Positions 1 through 8,430 of a stretch of 55,409 bases of DNA are shown one piece after another (positions within the stretch are counted from its first letter, which is position 1; each line of letters starts with the position of its first letter). The stretch comes from a virus (Duplodnaviria; Heunggongvirae; Uroviricota; Caudoviricetes). The stretch is from IMG/VR virus record IMGVR_UViG_2531839531_000009. One strand, given 5' to 3'. The notes below the pieces were generated by a model that had not been told where the DNA came from, made no database searches, and saw nothing but the letters and a program-made list of their open reading frames with translations. The position numbers and the translations under genes were made by a program.

Positions 1-70
1 TCACAAAAACGTAACCACACTGCCAATAGCCAGAGAAATATAATTTTTTTTGCGATTTTTTAGAACTGAC

Positions 71-130
71 ACAACGTGAAACAACGAGACACCACGACGA
101 ACAACGGCGAACAATCTGGAACAAACTTGA
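71..130. repeat. six direct repeats phased at 10 bp (AC[A/C]A-initiated decamers) upstream of alpA
   Basis: Read directly: acaacgtgaa / acaacgagac / accacgacga / acaacggcga / acaatctgga / acaaacttga in consecutive decamers. Confidence 0.5.
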
Positions 131-410
131 TTAACATCTGACTGACACCCTAAAAAGTTGATTTTCAGTCGTTTTACTGGCTTTTTGTACATTGGCGAAT
201 CACTCTTAAAAACATGTAAAAAAGGCGTAAAAACAGAATTTTATGCCTTTGCACCACAATGAATTAAAAGAGTTTTTATTCTCATTACCACACTTCTGTA
301 AAATGACCGCCGCCAGTGTTTGCCATTCCATAAACACCCTGACACAATCCGACGCACCACAACACAATAGGACACCAAATAACTCTTTAAGAAATATCAA
401 AGGGGGAATT

Positions 411-599
411 GTGTTAAGCACAGATCGCTTTATACGTGAAAAAGAATGTCAGCAACTTACAGGCTTGAGCCGTTCATGTCGGTACCGCCTGGAAAAAACC
501 GGACAATTCCCATCACGGCGTAAGCTCGGCGGTCGTTCCGTTGGCTGGTCTTTATCCGAAGTTCTGGCATGGAAGGAAAGCTGCGAGGCAGTTCACTAA
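411..599 (+). CDS. alpA: AlpA-family HTH transcriptional regulator
   Basis: GTG start inside ORF 243..599; ...LSTDRFIREKECQQLTGLSRSCRYRLEKTGQFPSRRKLGGRSVGWSLSEVLAWK resembles AlpA-type regulators of P4-like and PICI elements. Confidence 0.7.
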   Translation: MLSTDRFIREKECQQLTGLSRSCRYRLEKTGQFPSRRKLGGRSVGWSLSEVLAWKESCEAVH

Positions 600-651
600 T
601 CAGGCTGGCGGCACACAGCCGCCACCCATCCACTAATACAGAGATCTAACC

Positions 652-1842
652 ATGAATACTGGATATTCTCCCGAACAAGGGCGGGGCTTCGTTCGTCCTG
701 AAAAACAGAATCTGCAAAATTTTGCCGAAATTATTCCGGTTATTTCCGGCCTTACTGGCGGGAGTGAAACCAATATTGTTAACGCCAGAGCGTTGCAGAT
801 GTTTGATGATAAAAAGGGAGTAAATTTAACTTACACCCCTGACGGCAATCAGAATATGAGCATTATCTCTGAGTCAGGTTTCTACAAACTAATAAAAACA
901 AAAAGCGCCCCGTTGCCGGAGCGCCTTTGTGAACAATTAACCTACTGCGCAAAAAATGAATCTGAGCAGTGGGATTATATCAACCGTGTGGCGAAGCGCC
1001 ACAATTGCCGGATAACAGGCAAAACAAAGGCCACCCGCAACGGTGGCCCCTCGACACAAGCTACACGTTATCCCCAACGCATGAGCATCACCAACAATGC
1101 CACATTTGCGGCTGGTGGGCAATGTGATCAGTCAGATTTGGTTCGTTCCAAGGTTTGCAACGAGAGCTTTTTCCTGTGCTCTTTAAGGAATTTCTCAAGA
1201 GCAAAAGCACATGGCGCGAATCTTTCTGATTCATGCTCTATCTTTCTGCGCCGTCTTTTCCGTGCCGGTGATAATGTTTTGGTCAATTCTTTATCGGTCA
1301 TTGTGTTGTCCTGCATAGCAATGCGCCGTAATACCTTACACCACGGCGCTGATGGTGATTACTCTGGTTCTTTGGTCTTGCGACGCTGGAGTTCTTCGCG
1401 TGCAACGGTGACAAGCTGCCCGATTTCTTCCGCTGCTTTGATGCCGATTTGTTCGACCTTAGCCAGGGCATCCAGTGACGACACAAGGGGATTTTCTCCG
1501 CTGCCTTCTGCTTGGCGGCGGGCTATTTCTCCGCGCATGGCGGTTACGATAAATCCGGCATTGCTTTCGCCGTCCAGCTTAACGGATTCCATCCCTTGCA
1601 TAACATCTAGTGGGACTCTGACAGTTGTCAGTTGTGATTTTGCGTTTTTGTTAGCCGTTGCCATTTCTGAAACTCCTAATCATCGGTGTGTTTCAGTATA
1701 CACAAAAAAAGAAATACAAAAAGCCTTGACGTGTGTTTCATGCGCTCATAACATGAAACACACCAAAAGAATTGTTGAAATACAAAGAGCAACGCCCCGC
1801 AGTGCCGGAAACACATACGGGGCGTCTAACCACCAACGATAG
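652..1842 (+). CDS. hypothetical protein; 3' extent uncertain
   Basis: 396-codon open frame with no recognisable SD; the C-terminal third is low-complexity and overlaps a well-supported minus-strand gene at 1359..1664. Confidence 0.3.
   Translation: MNTGYSPEQGRGFVRPEKQNLQNFAEIIPVISGLTGGSETNIVNARALQMFDDKKGVNLTYTPDGNQNMSIISESGFYKLIKTKSAPLPERLCEQLTYCAKNESEQWDYINRVAKRHNCRITGKTKATRNGGPSTQATRYPQRMSITNNATFAAGGQCDQSDLVRSKVCNESFFLCSLRNFSRAKAHGANLSDSCSIFLRRLFRAGDNVLVNSLSVIVLSCIAMRRNTLHHGADGDYSGSLVLRRWSSSRATVTSCPISSAALMPICSTLARASSDDTRGFSPLPSAWRRAISPRMAVTINPALLSPSSLTDSIPCITSSGTLTVVSCDFAFLLAVAISETPNHRCVSVYTKKEIQKALTCVSCAHNMKHTKRIVEIQRATPRSAGNTYGASNHQR
1359..1664 (-). CDS. hypothetical small protein
   Basis: 101-aa ORF with protein-like, balanced composition; AGGAG about 9 nt upstream of the ATG on the minus strand. 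Confidence 0.45.
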   Translation of the reverse strand: MATANKNAKSQLTTVRVPLDVMQGMESVKLDGESNAGFIVTAMRGEIARRQAEGSGENPLVSSLDALAKVEQIGIKAAEEIGQLVTVAREELQRRKTKEPE

Positions 1843-1861
1843 CAAGATTATCGAGGCTGCT

Positions 1862-2068
1862 ATGAGAAATCATACCATACACCCGCAAGGGCGGGACTCG
1901 CACAACCTGAATAAATACATCTGGCGTTTTATCGCCCTGAGTACGGCACAACCGCGCGTGATTACCATTGAGGCCACCAGCGAACAGGAAGCCCGTCAGC
2001 AATCACCGGCTGGCTGCGTGATGGTATTCGCCGCCCGTATTCGTCAGGGGGTGCACCATGTGCAATAA
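1862..2068 (+). CDS. small protein, possibly Icd-like
   Basis: Internal ATG of ORF 1772..2068; ...NKYIWRFIALSTAQPRVITIEATSEQEARQQSPAGCVMVFAARIRQ resembles what I recall of Icd-like proteins of P4-type elements; weak. Confidence 0.3.
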   Translation: MRNHTIHPQGRDSHNLNKYIWRFIALSTAQPRVITIEATSEQEARQQSPAGCVMVFAARIRQGVHHVQ

Positions 2069-2282
2069 CACCCGTCCGGACGCAGCCGCCGAAGCAATCA
2101 AAACACTGATTGATATTTCTGTTATCGCGGACAGGGCGCATAAGCACGCTACCAGTGAAACAGAATATGCCGGGGCTTTCGTTCCTCATTCACTGGCTGT
2201 AATGCAACTTAGTGCTGATATGGCACTGAATGAGGCCAGCAAAATTATCATGGCTGATATGGAGGTGGTGAGCCATGAATAA
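2058..2282 (+). CDS. hypothetical protein
   Basis: ORF whose ATG follows a GGGGG run and overlaps the upstream stop; part of a tightly packed + strand operon. Confidence 0.35.
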   Translation: MCNNTRPDAAAEAIKTLIDISVIADRAHKHATSETEYAGAFVPHSLAVMQLSADMALNEASKIIMADMEVVSHE

Positions 2283-2487
2283 TAATGAAGCGCACTTATC
2301 TGTAGTGCTGAATGTGCCGTCAGATTATACGGGGCGCGTACTGGTGTATCTGGAAAAAGGCCGGGTTAAATGCCAGTGCCGTTTAATGGAAAACGAATTT
2401 ATCAGCACTCTTGCGGGATTTTCTGAAATGCTCACTAAATCGGGTGTTAGTGCAGACCAGTTACGCGGGGGCGATTATGCGAAATAA
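2275..2487 (+). CDS. hypothetical protein
   Basis: ORF with GGAGG-like SD (ggaggtggtgagccATG); translationally coupled to neighbours. Confidence 0.35.
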   Translation: MNNNEAHLSVVLNVPSDYTGRVLVYLEKGRVKCQCRLMENEFISTLAGFSEMLTKSGVSADQLRGGDYAK

Positions 2488-2695
2488 ACATGATATTGAA
2501 GACCTGGCATTTGAAGCCCTGCACTCTGCGAAAAAAATCAGGGAAGTCGTCAATATGTGGATGAACAGCCTTAGCACCGATGAATCCGATAGCAGAGAGG
2601 AAATTCTTATTTCTTTGTTGTTAGACCTGGCAAATACACAGGTTTCTCTGACATCTGATATTGAACTCGCCGCTAAAAATCTGCCTCTGGAGTAA
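2477..2695 (+). CDS. hypothetical protein
   Basis: Internal ATG of ORF 2411..2695 preceded by GGGGG (gcgggggcgattATG). Confidence 0.35.
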   Translation: MRNKHDIEDLAFEALHSAKKIREVVNMWMNSLSTDESDSREEILISLLLDLANTQVSLTSDIELAAKNLPLE

Positions 2696-2701
2696 AAAAA
2701 C

Positions 2702-3001
2702 ATGAAACAGAAAAATTCTGGCTTTACTGCCAGTGGTCTCCCTCGGCCTGAAATCCGCCCCGGCGATATTTTCCGGGATAACTACGGTGGCACGGTAACG
2801 ATTAAAAGCGTGGCGGGGCGGTGCGTTACTTACCGCCGTGATGGGTACGGCTATGACTGCGTGATGCCTGCTTATCAGTTCCGGCGTGATTTTTCACTGA
2901 TACAGGCCACACCACGCAAACAGCCCACCAGCAACGCAAAGGCACGGGCAAATATTCAGAAAATGAAAAACATGATTAACGCATTCAGGGGCAAAAAATG
3001 A
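2702..3001 (+). CDS. hypothetical protein
   Basis: 99-aa ORF; its stop overlaps the ATG of the replication gene (ATGA). Confidence 0.4.
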   Translation: MKQKNSGFTASGLPRPEIRPGDIFRDNYGGTVTIKSVAGRCVTYRRDGYGYDCVMPAYQFRRDFSLIQATPRKQPTSNAKARANIQKMKNMINAFRGKK

Positions 3002-4413
3002 AACTGGCACCGAACTTAAAAAAACAGCCACACGACAAAATGACCGAAGTCATTATTTTTGCGGGTAGTGATGCCTGGGCGCACGCGAAACAGTGGCAGG
3101 AACAGGACGGGCGACTTGCTGGTGATAACGTCCCGCCTGTATGGCTGGGAGACAGCCAGCTTGACGAACTGGCAGACCTGAAAATTATCGACGATGGTCG
3201 CTATTGTGTCCGGCTGTACAAGGCAGGCCACATCAAGCCGTCAAATATTAATGCTATCGGGCAAAAGCTGGCGGCGGCAGGTGTACGGGATGCGAATTAT
3301 TACCCTGATGGAATGCACAGCCAGAAGCTGGAGAACTGGCACGACTACCTGCAACGGATCCGCGAACAGGCAGAGCGCGGGGAAATACTTACTGACGAGC
3401 AATACAGCCAGCGAAAAACCACGCTACCAATGAGCATTGGATCTGCAGGGTACGACACACAGCTTGATTATGTCGTTAAGGGCGTGATTCCGGCTAATTC
3501 ATTGTGCAGCACATACGGCGCGAGCGGTTCCTATAAATCGTTCCTCGCGTGTTCCTGGGCGTGTCATGTTGCCACTGGCCGTCACTGGGGAGGCCGCAGG
3601 GTGGCGCATGGTTCGGTGATGTATGTTGTCGGTGAAGGTGGCATTGGTGTCCCCCGCCGTATCAAGGCATGGGAAATCGTTAATGATGAACGGGTGGAAA
3701 ATCTGTACCTGGTAAACCGCCCGATTTTTCCGGCAGTCCCGCTTGATGTTGATGAAATGGTCATCGCTTCCCGCCAGGTTGAACGGGAAACGGGTAAACC
3801 GGTACGCATGATTATTCTTGATACGCTGGCGCGTTGCTTTGGCGGTAATGATGAAAATGACGCGCGGGATATGGGGGCGTTTATCCGTGGATGTGACGAA
3901 CTGAAACGCCGCACAGGGGCCACGGTGCTGGTGGTTCACCATTCCGGCAAGGATGAAACAAAGGGGGCGCGTGGTTCCAGTGCATTTCGTGCATCTCTGG
4001 ACGCTGAATACCGTATTCGCCGTGAAGGTGCAGACAGTGAAGCCCTGGTTATCTCCTGCACAAAAATGAAGGACGCGGAGGAACTGAAAGAGGCCGCATA
4101 CGATTTACGTGTGGTGGAGCTTTTTACCGACACTGACGGGGAGTTAATCACGTCGCTGGTTGTTGTGGATAAGCCGCGCCCACCCGTTGAACTGGAGCGC
4201 ATCGAGGAAGCCGGGAACAAGACGGAGAATCATGCCGCGCTATGGGGCTGTATCCGTTCACGCACACAGCGCGGAGATAAATGCACTATTCCGTTGTTGC
4301 GCGATGATATGAAAAAGCTGGGGTATGAGATGAAACACTTCCGGCGCTGGCTGTACAAGCTGGAAGGTGATGGCGTTATTGCTATTGACGGTGATGACGT
4401 GCGCCCACTGTAA
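2998..4413 (+). CDS. replication protein with RecA-like (RepA/DnaB-type) ATPase domain
   Basis: 471 aa; Walker A-like YGASGSYKS and Walker B-like RMIILDTLAR...VLVVHHSGKD; resembles primase-helicase/Rep proteins of satellites and genomic islands. Confidence 0.75.
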   Translation: MKLAPNLKKQPHDKMTEVIIFAGSDAWAHAKQWQEQDGRLAGDNVPPVWLGDSQLDELADLKIIDDGRYCVRLYKAGHIKPSNINAIGQKLAAAGVRDANYYPDGMHSQKLENWHDYLQRIREQAERGEILTDEQYSQRKTTLPMSIGSAGYDTQLDYVVKGVIPANSLCSTYGASGSYKSFLACSWACHVATGRHWGGRRVAHGSVMYVVGEGGIGVPRRIKAWEIVNDERVENLYLVNRPIFPAVPLDVDEMVIASRQVERETGKPVRMIILDTLARCFGGNDENDARDMGAFIRGCDELKRRTGATVLVVHHSGKDETKGARGSSAFRASLDAEYRIRREGADSEALVISCTKMKDAEELKEAAYDLRVVELFTDTDGELITSLVVVDKPRPPVELERIEEAGNKTENHAALWGCIRSRTQRGDKCTIPLLRDDMKKLGYEMKHFRRWLYKLEGDGVIAIDGDDVRPL

Positions 4414-4607
4414 AAAGTGGGTAGTAAAAGTGGGGAGTGTGGGGAATTTAACAAAATTGAAACGTGATTCCCCACTTTCCCACCTGTATATACCCCAAAA
4501 AGTGGGGAATAAAAAACACATTGAAAAACATCACGTTAGAATCACAAAAAAAAGAAGTGGGGAGACGTTGGGTAATTTCAAAAAGTGGGTAGTAAAAGTG
4601 GGGAGCA
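4411..4607. repeat. iteron array (putative replication origin) just downstream of the replication gene
   Basis: 25-bp direct repeat aaaagtgggtagtaaaagtggggag at 4413..4437 and 4581..4605, plus extra AGTGGGGA cores and one inverted copy (tccccactttccc) between them. Confidence 0.6.
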
Positions 4608-4614
4608 GTGAGGA

Positions 4615-4866
4615 ATGACCAGAAAAACCAGAGATAAGACAGCGCCAAAATATAAAGCGTTAGACATGACAGAGCACGCCTTAAAGGTGGCAATCAGAAC
4701 GATAGACCGCCACGCTGGGGAAGGATACGCGAAAGCACACCCCGAACTGATAAGCGCATTCATGACCACGACGGCGGCAAACTTTGCCACGCTGACAGAA
4801 CGGGAGATTGCCGAAGCGGAACAGGTGACAACCATCAACATTAAAACTGGAGAGCAGACAGCATGA
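4615..4866 (+). CDS. hypothetical protein
   Basis: 83-aa ORF starting just after the iterons; stop overlaps the next start. Confidence 0.4.
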   Translation: MTRKTRDKTAPKYKALDMTEHALKVAIRTIDRHAGEGYAKAHPELISAFMTTTAANFATLTEREIAEAEQVTTINIKTGEQTA

Positions 4867-5219
4867 CAGCACAGATAGCGGCTTACGGGCGGCTGGTGGC
4901 TGACCCGCAGTTAAAGACCACCAGCAAGGGTACACAAATGACGATGGCTAGTATGGCGGTCCCCCTTCCGTGCAGCCAGGCAGATGACGGAACGGCGACG
5001 ATGTGGTTATCCGTCCTGGCGTTTGGCAGACAGGCCGACGCACTGGCAAAACACCACAAAGGCGAACTGGTGAGCGTGGCGGGTAACATGCAGGTAAGGC
5101 AGTGGACAGGCCAGAACGGCGAAACGCGGCAGGGCTGGCAGGTTATCGCAGACAGTGTAATCAGTGCCAGAACGGCGCGACCGGGCGGCAAAAAAAGGTC
5201 AACAGGACCAGGCTACTGA
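4863..5219 (+). CDS. putative single-stranded DNA-binding (SSB-like, OB-fold) protein
   Basis: 118 aa; ...WLSVLAFGRQADALAKHHKGELVSVAGNMQVRQWTGQNGETRQGWQVIADSVI has the pattern of short SSB proteins; by eye only. Confidence 0.5.
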   Translation: MTAQIAAYGRLVADPQLKTTSKGTQMTMASMAVPLPCSQADDGTATMWLSVLAFGRQADALAKHHKGELVSVAGNMQVRQWTGQNGETRQGWQVIADSVISARTARPGGKKRSTGPGY

Positions 5220-5503
5220 CGCACTGAACAGGGCAAAACAACAGTCGGGGAATGATGATCCGTACGGCGATAATATACCGTTTTAAATTCTGCAAATAAA
5301 AAAATGCCGGAAGAAAATAGATTTTCCGGCATGCTACATAAATCCCGACCAAAGGAAGTAAATACATTAACACGAATTATCAGCACTGAAGTTGTCACGG
5401 CAGATTTTATACAACATTGCACTTGGTTGCATGTATTCGCATAGCAAATATCGGTGATAGCATATATCCACAATTATTTTTAATGAATGCAAAGAGGATG
5501 CGT

Positions 5504-6544
5504 ATGGTTGATTTATATTCGCCTGCCCAGCTTGTGCAGGTGGCTAATGCTGAAGATGTGCAAAAAAAATTAAATGCGTTGTTTACCAGTTTGTTTTTCA
5601 CTCGCTCGGTAATGTTTGAATCGAGAGACATTATTCTTGATACGATCGACGATCCAAATATCCCGATCGCGGCGTTTTGCTCTCCTATGGTGGGCAGTAA
5701 GGTTTCACGAGATGAGGGATACGAATCAAAAACAATTCGCCCTGGCTATATGAAACCGAAAAGCAGCATTGATCCAAATAAGTTAGCTGTGCGCCCTGCT
5801 GGTGTGTCACCTGAGCAATACAATGCTTTTGGGGCGCGTAATATTAAAGTTAAACAGGCGATTGTAAATCAGGCTAAAGCTATTCGTGCACGTATTGAAT
5901 GGCTTGCTGTTCAGGCAATCACAACGGGGAAAAATATCATTGAGGGCGATGGTATTGAACGTTATGAGCTGGACTGGAATATAAAACCACAAAATATTAT
6001 CACGCAGTCTGGCGGTGCTGAGTGGTCAGGTAAGGATAAAGAAACTTTTGATCCAAATGATGATATTGAGAGCTACGCAGAATTTAGTGAGGGCGTCACT
6101 AATATCATCATTATGGGCGGTAATGTATGGAAGAAATACCGTTCATTCAGAGCGATAAAAGAGGCTCTGGATACCCGTCGTGGTTCTAATTCCGAACTGG
6201 AAACGGCCCTTAAAGACCTTGGTGATTCGGTGAGTTTTAAAGGGTATATGGGCGATGTTGCGATTGTTGTTTACAGCGGACGTTATACCGACGAGGACGG
6301 AACTGAAAAACATTTCCTTGATCCTGATTTGATGGTGCTTGGCAATACGGCTCTTCAGGGGATTGTCGCCTATGGCGGTATTCAGGATCCGGAGCTAATC
6401 CGAATGGGGCTGACTAAAGCCGAACTTGCACCGAAAAACTATATTGTGCCTGGTGATCCGGCTATTGAGTACGTACAAACGCACTCTGCACCACAGCCAA
6501 TACCGGCCCGCATCAATCGTTTTGTTACCGTTCGCATTGGCTAA
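5504..6544 (+). CDS. major capsid protein, lambda gpE family
   Basis: Translation from ATG 5504 (AGAGGA SD) aligns by eye along its length with lambda gpE, e.g. ITQSGGAEWSGKDKETFDPNDDIESYA and LDTRRGSNSELETALKDLG...YMGDVAIVVYSG. Confidence 0.85.
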   Translation: MVDLYSPAQLVQVANAEDVQKKLNALFTSLFFTRSVMFESRDIILDTIDDPNIPIAAFCSPMVGSKVSRDEGYESKTIRPGYMKPKSSIDPNKLAVRPAGVSPEQYNAFGARNIKVKQAIVNQAKAIRARIEWLAVQAITTGKNIIEGDGIERYELDWNIKPQNIITQSGGAEWSGKDKETFDPNDDIESYAEFSEGVTNIIIMGGNVWKKYRSFRAIKEALDTRRGSNSELETALKDLGDSVSFKGYMGDVAIVVYSGRYTDEDGTEKHFLDPDLMVLGNTALQGIVAYGGIQDPELIRMGLTKAELAPKNYIVPGDPAIEYVQTHSAPQPIPARINRFVTVRIG

Positions 6545-6553
6545 GGGGGAGCA

Positions 6554-6895
6554 ATGGCTACTCATTACACTGAACTCATGTCTGGCACTGAAGCACTGGT
6601 TACTACGCTGGGGATATTTTCAGCCAATAAAGGGGTAATACCTGCGTTTACGCCACTGATGCAGGAAGATGCAACTGGTGCGCTAGTGGTATGGGATGGA
6701 ACGAGCGCAGGCAAAGCGGTTTATGTTTCCGCTGTACAAATCGACACAGCGAAAAAAACACAGGCACAGGTTTATAAGACAGGTGTTTTAAATGTTGATG
6801 CTCTGAACTGGCCTGAGTCTGTAAAAGAACTGTCGGCAAAGGTTGCCGCGTTTGTTGGCTCAGGTATTTCTGTTCAGCCGCTGGCTCGTGTGTAA
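6554..6895 (+). CDS. head decoration protein, lambda gpD family
   Basis: 113 aa; TPLM, LVVWDGT, YKTGVLNVDALNWPE and AFVGSGISV match conserved gpD blocks (TPLM, LVAWDGT, YKSGTFRYEDVLWPE, AFAGTAISI). Confidence 0.75.
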   Translation: MATHYTELMSGTEALVTTLGIFSANKGVIPAFTPLMQEDATGALVVWDGTSAGKAVYVSAVQIDTAKKTQAQVYKTGVLNVDALNWPESVKELSAKVAAFVGSGISVQPLARV

Positions 6896-6906
6896 AGGGG
6901 GATACA

Positions 6907-7290
6907 ATGCAGAATCATTACAATGACCTTAAGCCAATTGCCGAAATGATGTATCCGGATCCAGCAGTAGAGGAATTAAAGGCTATTGCTGACAAAATGC
7001 GTTTAAGTGAACGCCTTGTTGATATGAATCAGGTGATGGAACTTACTACCCTTAGCCGTCGCACATTGCTAAACCTTGAGGCTCGCGGAGAGTTCCCCGA
7101 ACGCGTACAGGTTACGGAAGGGCGTAAGGCCTGGTATTTAAGCGAAGTGATCGACTGGATAAACAATATTCCTCGAGCTTCTGAATATTGCCGCGTACCT
7201 GTCCCAAAAAAGCCAGATGCGGCGCTATGCCTCAAGATTGAGCGTGTACGCCGCAATGCACGGGATGGTCGCTATAAGTTGATTGGTTGA
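6907..7290 (+). CDS. second AlpA/excisionase-like HTH protein
   Basis: 127 aa; ...LSRRTLLNLEARGEFPERVQVTEGRKAWYLSEVIDWI is an AlpA-type helix-turn-helix. Confidence 0.55.
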   Translation: MQNHYNDLKPIAEMMYPDPAVEELKAIADKMRLSERLVDMNQVMELTTLSRRTLLNLEARGEFPERVQVTEGRKAWYLSEVIDWINNIPRASEYCRVPVPKKPDAALCLKIERVRRNARDGRYKLIG

Positions 7291-7345
7291 TGAAATTAGG
7301 GCCCGTTCTGGCTGGCGGGTCCTTTCCGGCGATCCGGTAGGCTAC

Positions 7346-7380
7346 GGGGCGGCGACCTTGCGGATTTTCGCTATTTATGA
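7346..7380. other. lambda-type cohesive-end site (cosN-like)
   Basis: ctacgGGGCGGCGACCTtGCGGaTTTTCGCTATTTATGA matches the lambda left cohesive end GGGCGGCGACCT and the following ~20 nt with two mismatches as recalled; lies ~110 bp upstream of the Nu1-like gene. Confidence 0.6.
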
Positions 7381-7491
7381 GCCTTTTCGGGTTGGTGGTG
7401 GTGGTTTTGTTTTTCGCTCTATCTCTATGAATAAAAAGGGAAAGATAACACCAACACACCAACCTGAAACCTTAACTAAGTGGGGATATTG

Positions 7492-8034
7492 ATGAAATCG
7501 CACCTGATGAACAAAAAAACTATGGCGCAAAGCTGCCGCGTAAGTGCGACAGCGTTCGACAAGTGGGGAGTAACTCCCGTTGAGCGTAAAGGCCGTGAGG
7601 CGTTTTATGATGTTGCTAGCGTGATAGACAATAGGGTTAACAATGCAATTAACCAGCTTACAAACGACAAAGGCGAGATTGATGATGATGAACTTTTACG
7701 CGTAAGAATCAGATTGCTGACAGCACAGGCGGAAGCGCAGGAACTTAAAAACGAGCGCGAACGCGGCGAGGTGATTGATACAAAGTTTTGCATCTACGCG
7801 ATTTCAAAACTAGCGAGTCAGATTTCATCAATCATGGACAGCCTCCCGCTCACAATGCAAAGGCGCTTTCCCGATATAAGGCCGTATATGCTGGATGAAC
7901 TAAAAAGGGAAATAGCCAAAGCATGTAACGCATGTGCAAGACTTGACGAAAACCTGCCACAGATACTGGCTGATTACCTGATGGAAACTACCGGAAGCGC
8001 GCCTGAGAAGTTGCTACAGAACAAAGGCGAGTAA
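7492..8034 (+). CDS. terminase small subunit, lambda Nu1 family
   Basis: Conserved blocks shared with Nu1: LTAQAEAQELKNERERGEVIDTKFC, SIMDSLPLTMQRRFPD; start 7492 (GGGG 6 nt upstream) or 7507. Confidence 0.8.
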   Translation: MKSHLMNKKTMAQSCRVSATAFDKWGVTPVERKGREAFYDVASVIDNRVNNAINQLTNDKGEIDDDELLRVRIRLLTAQAEAQELKNERERGEVIDTKFCIYAISKLASQISSIMDSLPLTMQRRFPDIRPYMLDELKREIAKACNACARLDENLPQILADYLMETTGSAPEKLLQNKGE

Positions 8035-8107
8035 CCGCCGCCCCGTAACGGGCCATAATTCCAGGAAGGACCTGACGACACCAGGCTATCAGAGCGATGG
8101 GGGCACA

Positions 8108-8389
8108 ATGACAGAAGCCGAAATACTGCGATTAATCCGCCGCGTTACCGGAATCAGCCAGCAGGCTGACGAACAGGCCACGCAGCCGGACAGCGTGACC
8201 GCTGAAAATTATGTGCGTGTTGTTGCTGAGGTGATGCGCCGTGACGGTATCGAGCTTAACGGCGTGGATATGCGCAACATACGCACCAGAGTTCTGGAGA
8301 TGTTGTCGTACCGTCGCCGCGTGCAGATGTACCAAGAGAAAGAAAAAATTACTTACCACTGGAAGAAGCCGGAACGGTTACGACGTTAA
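8108..8389 (+). CDS. hypothetical protein
   Basis: 93-aa ORF directly after the small terminase gene; no recognisable family. Confidence 0.4.
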   Translation: MTEAEILRLIRRVTGISQQADEQATQPDSVTAENYVRVVAEVMRRDGIELNGVDMRNIRTRVLEMLSYRRRVQMYQEKEKITYHWKKPERLRR

Positions 8390-8395
8390 CTTGTG

Positions 8396-8430
8396 GTGAC
8401 ATACCGTGACGGAGAGTGACACACAGTGAC
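8396..8430. repeat. four GTGAC motifs at exact 10-bp spacing
   Basis: GTGAC at 8396, 8406, 8416 and 8426, immediately after the last island gene. Confidence 0.5.

Noticed and set aside
3499-4220. Minus-strand ORFs of 94 to 147 aa inside the replication ATPase gene
   Set aside because: Antisense to a well-supported gene with Walker motifs; Ser/Arg/Thr-rich composition typical of shadow frames.
4411-4607. Possible CRISPR array (repeated 25-mer)
   Set aside because: Only two full copies plus irregular partial cores in both orientations, no regular spacers, no cas genes; fits iterons better.
5305-5330. Hairpin GCCGGAA...TTCCGGC flanked by an A-run upstream
   Set aside because: In + orientation it lacks a downstream T-run; in minus orientation it would terminate a transcript for which I see no gene; function unclear.
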